A stretch of DNA of 60,067 nucleotides, the filler included, from Streblomastix strix (lineage: Eukaryota): the NCBI GenBank assembly GCA_008636045.1. It is 2 parts of 2 records of this genome, joined end to end, with 100 filler letters (N's around TTAATTAATTAA, not from the genome) between each part and the next. Parts side by side here need not be neighbours in the genome. Positions count along the whole stretch, not along the records: positions 1 to 30,016 come from SNRW01000095.1; positions 30,117 to 60,067 come from SNRW01000096.1. One strand, written 5' to 3'. A program made the translations under genes and the position numbers. This document shows positions 27,101 through 40,762 of the stretch, in pieces. Below the pieces are notes generated by a model. It did no database searches and had not been told where the DNA came from. It was given only the letters and a program-made list of their open reading frames with translations. Position 1 is the stretch's first letter. Each line of letters starts with the position of its first letter.

Positions 27101-29405
27101 TGTAATTGATGGAATATTTGTTATTTGGTGTCATAGTGCAGTTGGTTCTGCATTAACTGTTAATAATTTGTAGCTGGAACTGACAGACTCAACATTTGTG
27201 GAACCAAAATGCAATGGTAATATTATGTATTTGAATAGCACAAATAGCTTAATTTACAATTGTGTATTTTCTGGTTTTAATGGGAGTGATGTTTTCTGCT
27301 CTTTTGATGATGGATATTTCTCTTTATCAAATTATGCTCTTGTTTATATTTATGATGGAGAGTCAATCATTGAAGAGGCATCTTTTGAAAATTCAGGAAT
27401 AGATTCCATCAAGATAGAAAATTCTAATGTTTAACTAGAGAATGTATCATTTAAAGAAGATTTTACTGAAGTTGATCAAATTGGAAGTAATGTAATGGTT
27501 GCATGTATTTGTGATTCATATTTATAGATAATTAATCCAATTTTAAATGGGATACTCGAAGAAGATTGTGAATTGACATCCAATAAATAGTAAAATTAAT
27601 AAGATGGACAATTAAATGAAATGCATCTATGCAATATTAACATAGTTAAAGATGGTAAATGTAATCTTGATATTTCAGATAAATGGATAATACCTGATCT
27701 CCCTAAACCTTCAATTAAAGCCGTGAAATTAACGGTTGATATTAATGATTAAAATTAACCATTAAAATTCACAGTTGAAGGAGAAAGGTTAATTTCAGTT
27801 ATGTTTGTGGTGAAAATTATTGAAATTAGAATGAAAACAGATGATGAAATTTAATAAGAATTGAAATAGAATAAATAATATTGGAAAAAGTATAATGGCA
27901 CATATTAAAATAAAACAATAAATTTTGAGTAATAATAATATGAATAAAGATTTAGAATGAGAGATAAAAAGAATAATAAGAACCATTAAATAATAATTTA
28001 AGATAAAATATAAATGGATCACACAAATAATGTAGAATTAGAACGAGATGGTGATGGATTTATAATATGGCCTCCAGATAATGCATCAAAAGTACCATTT
28101 ACAGTCAGGACAAATACACATGGAAGTAAATATGCAGATTTTAAGATGTCTGATTATACATGGCTAAATTCAAGGGATTATATATATGGGTTATTGGGAT
28201 CTAATGATGGATAACATTTCTCAGGTATTGATGGATCACTAGAAGGAGTTGAAATACAAGTAGAAGTGATTGATGGAGAATAATTTGTGAATTATGTCAG
28301 ATTCAACTTAGCTGATTGGTATGCTTGGATTATTCCACCAGTCTCTGTTTCAGCTGTAACTATAATATGTTTTTGCATCTTCATTATATTTTGGAATAAA
28401 AGAGAGATTAAGAAGTAAAAATAAGCTGATATAGATCGATAGAAAAAAGACAGAAAATAACGAAAAGAATAAAGAAGACTTAAATAATAAAATGAAAACA
28501 TTATTCGCGGCGAATAAAGTGAAAATTTTGTTTAATTGGCCATTGAAGAATAAAATGAGAATGTGAAAATGCCAAATACTTATGCAGAATATAATATAAC
28601 TGATCTAATGATGATAAAACATGCAAAAATACATTCAGGGAGAAATAAATTGAAAAATTCAACTGAGTAGTTAAATAATGATGGTTAACAATCTCATTCT
28701 TCGAGTTTAGTTGTTAGTAAAACTAATGCTGAAGAAAAATACATCATACCATAAATATTATCCTCTTAGTTAGATTCTTCAACAGTTAATACATAATCAG
28801 TATCATTTCCTCCTCATTCTTCATCTTCTTCTTCAAAACATAAAGAAGTTATTACTTAATCAAAGCAAACTAAACATATATAAAATTAACTGAGTAATAA
28901 ACATCACAACTCAATTTCTAAATAAAAAAGTAAGACAACATTTACTCACTTCCTTTAACATGACGAAGCACCACCAATAGATTTCTCTTGGATGCAACCA
29001 GGCTCAATTGAGATTAGTGGAATAGATTGGAGTATAAACAAGCCACCACCAACTCTTAATGTAGCATAAAGTTAAGGTATAATCTAACTCCCTGAAGATT
29101 TGATATAAAGATAAATTGACTGGGAAAATTCTTTCTAAGTAACTCCTGAAAATTCATAAAAAATGTAATTGTAGATGGTTTTACCAATTGAATAGGAAGT
29201 AGAGTAAGTTTCTTCATCATAAACACACATTACATCTTTTCAAAAAGGAAAAAATGGAAATAAACGAGGTAAAAATAAAAAACAAAAGTTCGAACGATAA
29301 AGCAATCAACAATAGATCAGATAAAGACAGTTAAATTTTAGCATGTTATAAAGTGATAATGATAACAACGAACAATAACATTAAAAAGAGAATATTCAGA
29401 ACTGA
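18186..29405 (+). CDS. Giant (~3700 aa) type I membrane protein with pectin-lyase-like / PMP-type beta-helix repeats; apparent frameshift near 24560
   Basis: Signal peptide MIYILSFVAITIVSA. Many F..C....GGAI motifs. At least 5 modules start with YV..G....CG....PC.T. A TM helix WIIPPVSVSAVTIICFCIFIIFW (~28325-28395) is followed by a basic stop-transfer stretch. Intron 24926-24984, TGA 29403-29405. Track ORFs 20175, 21540, 22950, 27198 and 28014 all lie in this frame. Confidence 0.88.
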
Positions 29406-29869
29406 GAGAATAACAAAGAACAATTTTGAAAACTTTTTTTTATTTTGATACATTTAATAATTTTCAAAACAACTTTATATTTTTTGTATTTTAATTATTA
29501 CAATTTTACAATCCATTCTTTACTAAACATCGTTAAATTTTAATTTATAATCGATTTTTTGCGTTTCACAAATAACAACACTTACAATTTCATATAATTT
29601 TTTATTTTCAATTATATGATAATATATTTATTTTAAATTTTACTAAATAAAACTGCATATATTGCGATTTCATAATATTTTTGCATTTTTTTAATACGTG
29701 TTTTTTTATCCAATACATGAATATATTCATTTTAAAACTACATATTTATTATTATCATTTAATATTATTTATAATATTTTTCAATTTAAACGAAATAATT
29801 ATCAATTCAACACAAAAATCAATTATAATTTTTTTCCTAATTATTTATCTTTTTTTGAAGTCATTATTG

Positions 29870-30016
29870 ATGAATTTTGAAGACACTTGTATTATTTAAA
29901 GGCTTGTTGCATAAGAAACAAATCCAAAGGATAAATTAGTTGCCCTATGTGAATTATATGATTTTACAGTAAGAGATTTATAAAAGAATAGTGAAACAAA
30001 GAGGTTAAAATAAAAA
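29870..30016 (+). CDS. 5' fragment of a hypothetical protein, truncated by the contig end
   Basis: MNFEDTCIIQRLVAQETNPKDKLVALCELYDFTVRDLQKNSETKRLKQK is open up to the N run, and GC rises from the ATG. Confidence 0.5.
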
Positions 30017-30116
30017 NNNNNNNNNNNNNNNNNNNNNNNNNNNNNNNNNNNNNNNNNNNNTTAATTAATTAANNNNNNNNNNNNNNNNNNNNNNNNNNNN
30101 NNNNNNNNNNNNNNNN
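30017..30116. other. Artificial contig linker (N44-TTAATTAATTAA-N44)
   Basis: Exactly 100 nt and symmetric, with a six-frame TAA cassette at 30061-30072. Confidence 0.97.
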
Positions 30117-30296
30117 TATTTCGGTGGCCTGACCTTTTGCTACTTAGCAATTCCCCTTCACTGTTACATTTTGAATAGATGCAAACTTTATAAACACCTT
30201 TGCAGAAAAACTCACATCTAATTCTAAATTCATTCGCTAAAAAAGGATATGGTGTTACTTAAATATATTCAGTATCGCATTGAGGCTCTGATTCAT
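30117..30296 (-). CDS. Possible 5' fragment of a hypothetical protein, truncated by the contig end
   Basis: ATG 30296 opens 60 codons running into the gap (MNQSLNAILNIFKQHHILFQRMNLELDVSFSAKVFIKF…). Confidence 0.35.
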
Positions 30297-30468
30297 AATC
30301 GTTTAGAAAGAAAAATCTTTCTTACGTCTAAGATTATAAGAAATATATAGAAAATTTTATAAAAATTAAAAATTTTATACAATTTTTTCATTTCGTTTAT
30401 CTTTCCATGCACCTAATTTTCTAATGTAATAATTAGTAAATTAAATCAATAAAGTTAGATATATATTT

Positions 30469-31281
30469 GGGTGTTTCCATTCACAAACAACCTACTACTT
30501 TTTTTTAATTTTAAAAAATTTAAAATAAATTTATAAACAAAAATTGGAGTTGCAAACATTTAGATTTGCATCCTCTGAAAAATTAAGCATAAAATATATT
30601 CATGCATTTTCAACAGCAGAAAGCTAATCTTATTGTTAAATTTTTATTTTAAATTTTTTTTTAAATTTTTTCAGGTATATTGAAGGACAAAAACTACATT
30701 TTCAGCAGCACACATTCGTGAAAACCGATTTTTTTTAATTTTTAGTTTTTTCCGCCCATTTCATGTTTAATTACTATTTTTTTTGTAAAATACTTTATTT
30801 ATATTTATTTTTAAAGAATGGACCAATAAAAAATATAATTATAGCTATGCTTATTTGCGAAATTTCAATTTAAATTTTTTTTGTAAAATACGTGTTCGAT
30901 TTTTGAGATAAATTAAATTGAATAATTATAAAATAAGTATTTTAATGTTTGTTATATTAAATTACAATAATTGATGAATTTGAAAAAGTGGGTTAAATAA
31001 AAAATCGAAAAAACAAAAATTTCCTGTTTTCTCGAACGCATGCCACTAAAAACGTCGTAATTGTCTATCAATGCATCTGAAAAAATTTTAAAATAAATTT
31101 TCAATAAAAATTAAATAATAATATTACTTCAATAATGACAAAAAAATAAAATTATATTTTTTACTCGATTTTATAGCGGAGGTAAATCAAAAAATTTGCA
31201 ACTCCAGCTATTGTTCAAAAAATTATTTTAAATATTTTTAAATAAAAAAATTAGAAGTGATCCTACTGAATGGACACTCCC
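30469..31281. mobile_element. Foldback / long-TIR non-autonomous DNA element (813 bp, ~300-bp imperfect arms)
   Basis: Left arm gggtgtttccattca…tggagttgcaaa…aaattttttcag…ttcgtgaaaac matches the reverse complement of ~30981-31281. ATATTT flanks both ends (30463-30468 and 31282-31287). Confidence 0.8.
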
Positions 31282-31664
31282 ATATTTATAAATTTAAAAT
31301 TTAAATTTATAACAAAACGGGAAAAATAAATTAAATATTTTTTAGTTTATAATTAATAATAATTTGGATTATTTAAAAATTCTTAGAAATATTAAAATAT
31401 GGTTGAAAACGCAAATTTATTAATTTTATTTATATTTAATATTAATTATATATTCGCGAAACTTCAATAAAATAATTTATAATTTCAAAATAAAAATAAG
31501 TATTTTGACTCATTAGTAAAGTATAACTATATTTATAATGAATTCTATTTAATAGTATTACTTAATAACTACTAAATTATAATAAATTTCGATTTGAATT
31601 AATTGATTACATCAAAACTAACCTTTATAATTTTATTTTGAGAAAAATACATTTTCAAAGTAAA

Positions 31665-34140
31665 ATGGAAAATAAACCTTTTTCAAATTTATTGATTTTG
31701 TATTAATTTTTGCTAAAATCATTTTTATTGTTGGATAGATACTATTGAAATAAACAAACAAAAAAATGCTTTATTCTAGTCGCACTACACTAGTAATTAT
31801 ATTACTATGTATCTATTTACATTTATACAAAATATTTGATCAATATTTCTTATATAACCAGTAGAAAGACTCTAATTTCATCATTTAATCAAAGTTTTTC
31901 CTAATTTCTAGCTGCTTTTCGCATACATTAATGAGTTTGATATCTGATATATTTTAAATTTATATAACCATAATTATCAATTTGTTTATTTTATTATTTT
32001 TATCCAAAATTTAGCATCTAAACTCTAGGAAGGAAAACTTTATAAAAATCAAAAAATGCAATTTTGCGCTATTTATCATAGTTTGTAACATTCTTTTATA
32101 ATTTTAATTACATTATTAATATTTTAAATCAGTAAATTTGAAAAACGGGGAAAATTACACTCGTTTGTTAAGCGTCCTTTTTGCATCATTAATGGCAAAA
32201 GTCATAAATAAGTATGATATTTTAATTTAAATTTAAATTTTAACTATATTTTACTTATATATATTAATATAGTGACATTTGAACTATTGAGAAATACAGT
32301 ATTAAATAGTTTCTTGCAAAAAATGGCGATAAATTTGGAGAAAAAAGAAACATTTACGTTTAAGTCAGGCAATAGATAACATAAAGTATATAAATATATA
32401 CACATGATAAAATTTGTTTAGTTTATCAATATTATGTTGTTTAATATTTAGCCTTTTATATATTCAGCATGAATTGATAGTATTTAGAAACGGGTCTGTT
32501 ATTCACTTCACATATTCATTTCACTTAAATTGAAATATGTATAATAAAAATCAGGGTTTTTCCTAAGAGCAATTGTTTGGCGTAAAAAATAATAGTATGG
32601 CGTAAATATCAAAAAAGTTTGGTGTAACAAAATTTTAATTTTAATGAAAATTTATAGTAAAAGCGAGGCCCGAAGGGCCGAGCCCCAAAATTTTTATAAG
32701 ATATAATAAATTTTAAGGTATTTAGCGAGGCCCGAAGGGCCGAGCGAGAAATTTTTATAAAAATTATTGATATATAATATATATTATTGAAAACAAGTGG
32801 AGTAGGAACCCCAAAAGTTTGGCGTAGGTAAGGCCAAAAGAACGACGTAGACCTACGCCATACCGCACCCTTAGGAAAAACACTGGCAAGTTGTACCTAT
32901 ATGAGAGATATATTAGAAGCAAAATTCCTATTTGAAAACAACAAATAAAAAAATGAATTAATTATTAAATCTATTATTTAAATATAAAAAAGATATTATG
33001 TGATGTTTATTTTATGGCTGATAAACTTTGAGAAGATTAAAAGTGGTATTATTGATATGGATGTATAATTGTAGGAAGCGCAGACTGTTAATTGCAGATT
33101 GAATGATGGTATAATATTAATATAGTTTCTATAGTTTATTAATATGTTTAAATATATAAAATTATTATTTTTATGTTGATTAATTAATTATTTTTATTTA
33201 AAGATATAATACAATATTTATAAAATCTAATTTTAGAAAACAATTTTATTAAGAGAATTGAGCAACAAATTGTATTTCAATACACACTATTCATAATTGT
33301 AAACCTTACTCGCATCACTTTAAAATGAATATGAAGAATATTAATAAAAGTATGAGAAAGATGTAGAAACAATTAAATTGCAATTTTATTAAAAAATGAA
33401 TATAAAAGAACAAGGGTGATTAATATTAAATCAATAGATTGAATAATTTTAATTAAAAAAAGCAAGAATTCTACCAACTCTGATATTAACTTGAGAGGTC
33501 TTATAATCAAAGAGAAGAATAAGAATTATAATTCAACTGAAAATTAAACGAATCTAATGACATCTTAAAAGGAAATGAAGAAGATATTGAATAAAAAAGA
33601 AGAGAAATTGATTAATTAACCAAATGTAAGAATTTGAATAAGCGCAATAATTAATAACGGTTTAAGAAAATGAATTAAAATCAAGAATTAAAGTATAAAG
33701 CTCAAATTAAAAAGAAAAAAATATTAGAGAATAATTATAAGTAGCTAATTTTAAAGTATAAAATTTAAGAAAATAATTATAATCAGCAAATTAAAGATTA
33801 TATCAATCATAGTAATGAGAATAAATTGCAAATTTGAGAATATTTCAAGTATAATAACATCAATGATCTATTTTAAAAAGAGAGTTAATAGCGAATTAGA
33901 TATTTCAACAAGATAAAGAACTTTAGGAAAAATAAAACGAATTAGATATCATATTAAGAGAATAATTATCAAATAAAGATTAATAGAAAACATAATAACA
34001 ACCGTAATCTGCTTAATAGAGAAAAATTATTGCAAATTAATCCATATTATAAAATCAATAAAACCGTAATAAAATATTAAATTTAATTTTAACAATTGGA
34101 TATTTGTTGTAATGAGATTTTTAATAATATTCTTCATAAT
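31665..34140 (+). pseudogene. Degenerate intron-containing gene(s) with a coiled-coil 3' part, interrupted by a MITE
   Basis: Exon-like blocks are bounded by GT…AG introns between ~32010 and 32530. Open stretch 32886-33109. The E/K/Q-rich frame at 33290-34100 is broken by frameshifts and TGA codons. No consistent gene model could be built. Confidence 0.35.
32552..32885. mobile_element. MITE, hAT-like termini (334 bp)
   Basis: 16-bp TIR CAGGGTTTTTCCTAAG / CAGTGTTTTTCCTAAG with 1 mismatch. Repeated TGGCGTA subterminal motifs. Two AGCGAGGCCCGAAGGGCCGAGC hairpins. No TSD visible. Confidence 0.8.
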
Positions 34141-34636
34141 TTATTAATTATTTAATTATAATTAAAATAAGTTGAATGATATAATAAATGAGTATTACGA
34201 TGAAACAACTTAACAGAAAGATTAAATAAAATAACTTATGTAGAATTAAAACTAATAATCATCGCTGGATAGATTAATTCATTGGATCTTTTGAATAAAA
34301 CAATAATTTTCATTTGTCACATTCATTTAACACTTGAATTAGTCTTAATTATAAAATCATTAATATTTCTATAAACCACATTTTTTCTTTGTTACTTTTT
34401 AATTATTAATGTTTTTGTTTGTATACAAACACAATGAATATCTTTTTCCTATTGTACATATATATTAGTGAAAATAAACAATAATTAAAACAAATTCAGA
34501 TTCTAGATTTTTATTTATTATATCAATAAATATATATATGTAAAAATCAACTACTAATACTTACAAGACTCATTTTAAGTACTGCACTTTATATTTCAAT
34601 TACTATTAATGAAATGAATAAAATTGTCAATGTTTA

Positions 34637-35566
34637 TCAAACTTTTGATTAATTTATTAAATTGGACGTTTATTCTTGGAGGCAAGAGGAATTAAAATCA
34701 TCATTTATAATATTGAGGTTTGTATAAACATTGAGTATCTAATTCTGTTTATGACTGATTTGAGGAATTTAAAATTCTGAATTTGGAGGAGAATATATTT
34801 CATTTGTATGAGTTTAAATGGGAGAATCAAATCTTTATGTATGTTTGATACTATTCTGTAATTCTTAGTATGTTTAGAAGTATTCAATGATTTAATCTTG
34901 TTAATCTGATGTCAGCTCAAATGGAACTGTATAATTTTTACCATTTTTAAACTCAAATCTTATTTTATTCACAATAATTGTTGATGAATGACACATCGGA
35001 ATGGGCATATTGTTCATAACGACAATATTTGTGTCTCCATAGATGTTTTTAACTGGAACAATGTCTTTTATATCTTAAATATTGAATTCAAAATGTTAGT
35101 CCTTCAAACAACTTACGCATTTATTTCTTCTTTTAATATTTTCCGAATAGCTTGCTTTCCCTTATTACGCATCGAGAATTAATATTCTTTCTGTTGTAAA
35201 ATAGCAGAACATTGGCAATAATATCAGGAACAATGGAACAAAAGAAAGAACTATAAGCTACAAATAAAATATAAATATTGAGTGAAAAAAATGAAAGAGA
35301 AAATAACTCATACACTTATTCCTATCCAAAATCCAACCAATTAAGTATTAAGCATGACTGTAATACCAACAGCTAATAAAACAGACATGATGATAGACCC
35401 AACCAGAATGAATTATAATAATACCCCTTTTTCTATTAAATAAAAAATATTGAGAAAATTTGTAATATCTAGTACATAATTAATATTGCAAACTCTAAAA
35501 TTTAATTGGAGATTTAAATATATCATTAAGCTATTCTGATTACGTCAGGTTCATTGGAGATTACAT
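34637..35566 (-). CDS. Hypothetical membrane protein (~275 aa) with two N-terminal TM helices and a beta-rich soluble domain
   Basis: ATG 35566, introns 35433-35475 and 35258-35313, TGA 34637-34639. TM segments FILVGSIIMSVLLAVGITVML and FWIGISLIVLSFVPLFLILLPMF. Confidence 0.8.
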
Positions 35567-36125
35567 TTTCTTAAAGCAAAAAAAATTAAAATGAATTGAA
35601 AAATAATTTATCTTATTATATCCTCAAAGTAAATGTAATATTTTAATATAAATATGTAAATAAAATATAATAATGATAATAATAAATATTAATTTTAATT
35701 AAAATTTAATAATTTTAATATTCAAATGTTAATTTTGAGGCAATTTAATCGTATTTTTAAGATAAGAGTTCTAAAAGCGTAAAATAATTATAAATATGTT
35801 TCATTTTGTGTTAAAATTAATGATTATATAATTATAGTTACAAAATTGCAGTTTCGATCAACTTAGTATAGCATGGATTGGACTGCATTAAAATTTAAAT
35901 TCTGTGATTTTTTAATGAACAAGTTATGATTGGGGGAAGATATATTTTTCATTTTAAATATTACCATCAAAGTATCAATAAATTTTAATTTAAATAAAAA
36001 GATGTTTTTGTTTAGTTTATTATAATCAATTCTAATAAAAAATAATTATAGAACTCTTTATTTACAAAAAAAATCAAGAAAATTTTTGTTAATAAAAGTT
36101 TTATTAATTAGAAAATATATTACTT

Positions 36126-39100
36126 TCAATTTTTGTTATTTGTTTATTTCAAATCCTCGTTAATATTACTTTAACTAATCTGACTTTGATCAAAATCATC
36201 ATTCTCTTATTATTTATTATTTATTATACTTATTTAGTTATCTAAAGGTAAAGAAGGATTATTATCAATCATATTAATCGGAAGAGATGATGAAATTTTT
36301 TAATCTGATAATTATGGATGTTTCGTTGATAAAGAAGAAGATTATGTTTATGATGATAATGAAGAAGCAGATGATAAAATTGGCGATCTAAGATTTGATT
36401 CTTGATACTTAGATGAAGAAAAAGTAGAAAGTGAATCAGATTACTGAGAAGATGATGAAATCTATGATTTTGATAATGAATTTAAATTTGAGTTTGTACT
36501 TGTATGTGAATGTGAATGTGAATTAGATTGTGAATGACTGTCAATTGAATCAACTGGACTGTGTGGTTAACTGAAAACAGGTTATGCTGAGTCAAATTAT
36601 TATTATTCATTATTAGATTATTCATCATTATTGTTATTTTCTTTTTAATTACCAATATTTAAATTTTCGTTTAATTAACTATTTCTTTGTATTGTTGAAA
36701 TTTATAAAGGAATTACTATTTAATTTTATTATTATTGTTATTATTTAGTTATTAATTAATCTGGTGCTGGAGAAGGAGGAGGCGAAAGCGATTTGGTTTC
36801 ATTCGATTGATTATCATCATTTTCATTATAATTATTTTATTCTTAATTCATTTTATTATCTTAAATTAAGAAATTTTACAATTATAATTACTATTATTAT
36901 TATTACTGCGGTAATTAAGCTGAAATTTACCCTGCAAAGTATGAAGTAATTGGAAGTGATTCCGATTATTAATTAGGAGAATATTAAGGTAATTTTTATG
37001 GGAATAAATTAGGATTTAATTCATCGGGTGTATTTGAAATTGTTGAAGCATATGAGATACTTGGAAGACCAGATATTTTAGAAGTATCTGAAACTGAAGA
37101 AATTGAAGAAAGATTCGAAATACTTGAATTGTTTGAAAATGTTGAATTTGCAGATGTTGAAGATATTTTGGATAATTACGAATAACGCGAGAAAGAATCA
37201 GATTTTATCGAGATCGAAGGATCAAGATCTGAATGAGTGTTTCCAAGTAAATAACGAATGGGTTAAGAATGATTTTAAGGTTGATTTTATTATTATTAAT
37301 GTTATTGTTATTATTAAAGAATTATTAATTATTCATTTTGTTATTATATTAAATCAATTTCCTACATTTGTTTTTAGATTTATTCAGCAATTATATCTTA
37401 TTGAGAGGTTGAAAGTTATACGTTTGAGTTTAATTAAACATATAAACTAGAATTTATATTTTAATCATTTTAATTAGTTTATTATGAATCAACGTTTTAT
37501 TAAATCTATTAAGGATACAATGTGAAAGGTTGAGTTAATTATATTTATTGCTAAGATTATTATTGTTGTTATTATTATTATTGTTGTTGTTATTAATATT
37601 ATTGTTGTTGTTGTTCTTGTTGTTGTTGTTGTTATTAAGAAATATCATTATTTGGTTTGATGCTATTATCTTTTGAAGATATTTTAGCACTTTTATAATG
37701 CTTTTTCTAATCAACCAAATTCATATTATGATTTGTTCCATTCAATTAACCACTACCTTTCTAATTCAGCTATTAAACAGCAAGAGATGCAGAAATTGAA
37801 TTAGAAATAGAATTAGAAGGAGAATAAGAAACAGAATGTGAAGGAGAAGCAGATATTGAATGTTCTGGAGATATGGACCTGGACCTCGAATGAGAATAAT
37901 TACTCTATGAAGATGAGTAAGAAGATAAAGATTGGCTTTGAATGGAGATTTTTGTTGATTCTGGAGGAGATAATATAGAAATTGATACAGATTATGATTA
38001 AGGGGATAATGATTATGAAGAAGATTATGAAGCTGTGATTGATTATTATGATTGCTTTAATTAAGATTATGAAGAAGATGGTTATTATTATTATGAAACA
38101 GTTTATGAATAAGATTAAGATTATGATGAAGAAATTGATGAAAAAGCAGATTAAACTGATTAAGAACTCATGAACGATGGATCAAATGAATCAAATGATT
38201 ATTATTTGAAATAATCTTTATTAGTTGAAACATTGGAGTTGCCATTCTTTCTTTGTTAATTCGTTTAAGTTAAATAATTTTTAATTATTTTCTTATTCTA
38301 TGAATTATAATTATCAAAATTTTTATTGTGATGATGTGATACTTATTTTGATTACTATTACTAAAATGAAGATGGAGCTAATAATGATTAATATTATTAA
38401 GGAGAAGAAGATGAAATTGAACTAAATTTATGTTGCTTTTTTTCAGTTGTATGTAATTTTTTTATAATTTTAATTTCAGAATTTTTCATTTACTGAGTCT
38501 AATCTTAACTTACTGAAGATATTGATATACTTTCACCATCTTCCAATTAATGATCTTTATTATGTTTGTTTTTATTGGTTTTATTTTTTTCTCCATATTT
38601 TAAACCAATTTTGCTCCGATTACCCTCAAAATGACTTTTGACTTTTATTTGTTTATTTTTGATATGTTCATCTTCATCATTATATCTCAAAGCAACAACT
38701 TTTCTGTCTGCACTGAAAATTCCTTATTTTTACATCATTTTCTAAATCTCTAGTTAATGAATTTAATCTTCATCATCATCAATATCAACAATTTCATTAC
38801 TTGCAGTAATTTTGCTACCAATATTTTTTTCTGCTGTTTTAGAATTCGACTGTTTATTGTGCTGATGAAGTTAATTGGTTTAAATTTTATTTGAATTTAC
38901 TATAGAAGTTTTGGGAGAATTAGATTATTTTTACTTTTACTGTTGTTATTATGAAATATGTTAATGTTTATGTTAATGAATATGTTTATGTTTATGTTCA
39001 TGTTCAGATTATTACGATTTTTATTAGCTTTTCTATATTAATTATTCAGTATGTGTTTGTTATTATACTTTATGTTTAGTCTATTTCTATGAATCAGACA

Positions 39101-40723
39101 GATTTGCATTACTTGAATGATTAGATTCAGAATGATTAGATTAAGAGTGATGTGAATTTGAATTTGACTGAGAATTTGAATTTGACAAATCTACTTTTGT
39201 ATTTGTTATCTATTATTATTATATTTACTGTTATTACTGAAGTTAATTATTTTATAAGGATTTGTTCAATAATTTATTATGTGCTTTTAGAGAAGAAGTT
39301 GATGAAGAAATTTAATTATTATTTTCACCTGTTTATAATTCATTTTTATTTTACTTTTAATCATTCTTTATATCAGTTTCTCTTTAATTATTTAAATTCT
39401 AATCTAATAAATCATTTTTATCAATATTTTCATTATTCGTATTCAAAGCTATTAATTTTTCTGTAGTTTATTATGATTATGAAGTTGTAGGAAGAATAAT
39501 TGATGTTAATGGAATAATATTTGAATTAGCTGAAAGTAAATTCGAATTTAACGGAAAATTTATATTCTATAAATTAGAAGCACTAAATATCAAAGAAGGA
39601 GATGAAGATGATGAGGTAGAAGAAGGAGATGTATTTAATATCGATTAAGGAATAGATTAAGTTGACGATGAAAAAATAGTTTAATCTGAATTAGAAAGCG
39701 GTTGAAGGTGCAATTATTAAATTTACTATAAATTTTATTACAAATTTTATTATTAGTTTTATTATTATTACTATTTTAATGGATCAAGGAAAATTGCAGG
39801 TGAATTTTCCATCAATGGAAAATTAGGTGTATTTTGACTGTTGAAATTATAGAAAGAAGATGAAGGAGAAGAATTAGAAAAAGATTGTTAATATGGATAA
39901 GTAGTAAATGAAAAAGGAGAAGAATATGGAAATAGAGGTTGAAATTAATTAGAAGATAAAGACGGCAAAGATATTTGTTGTTGTTATTAATTAGTAGATT
40001 ATTATTATTATTATTATTATTGCAATTTAATTGAGGAAGAAGAAGAATTAGTTGAAGATGACGTGTTGTCAAAAGGAGATTATTTGAGCAAAGTAGAAGT
40101 TTAATTTAATAAAGCTGGAGTTTACTGTAATTGAGCTTATTATTAAGTCAATTATGATTACTTTGATTATTGCTATTGTGGATACTATTATTGATTTTAT
40201 TGTAAAAACATTTGATATGTTTGAAATTGTTATGAATTTTACGATTATATATTTGTGTCTTGTTCAATATCTTATTTTTTATCTTCGTTATTATTCATTT
40301 ATTTATTTTCATATTATTATTTATTTTCAATTCCTTTATTTCCAGATATTTCATTAATTTATCCTTATTATTATATATGATTTTATTTCAAGTTATCATC
40401 ATTCGATTTTCTATTTAAACTGTTGCTATCTTCCATTATAACTGGTTTCCCTTCACTATTCAGAACAACAAGAACAGGAACTAATTCTTGATTTAGATTT
40501 TGAATAAAAAGTTTTGGTTACGTTTGTAATTTTTATTGTGGTAATTATTATTATTATTATTGATTTTGAAATTATTATTGATTAATTTATTACTATTGAT
40601 TAATTTGAGTTTATTATTGAGAAGAAGATAAATTTTATGCGTTTAATGGATTTTGAAATACATTCTAAGGAGATTATATATCATGAAATTGCAATTGATT
40701 TTAATATAATAATTATTACTATG

Positions 40724-40762
<39 letters not shown>

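Noticed and set aside
30061..30072. TTAATTAATTAA palindrome as a biological site
   Set aside because: It is centred in a symmetric N spacer and is a standard artificial linker.
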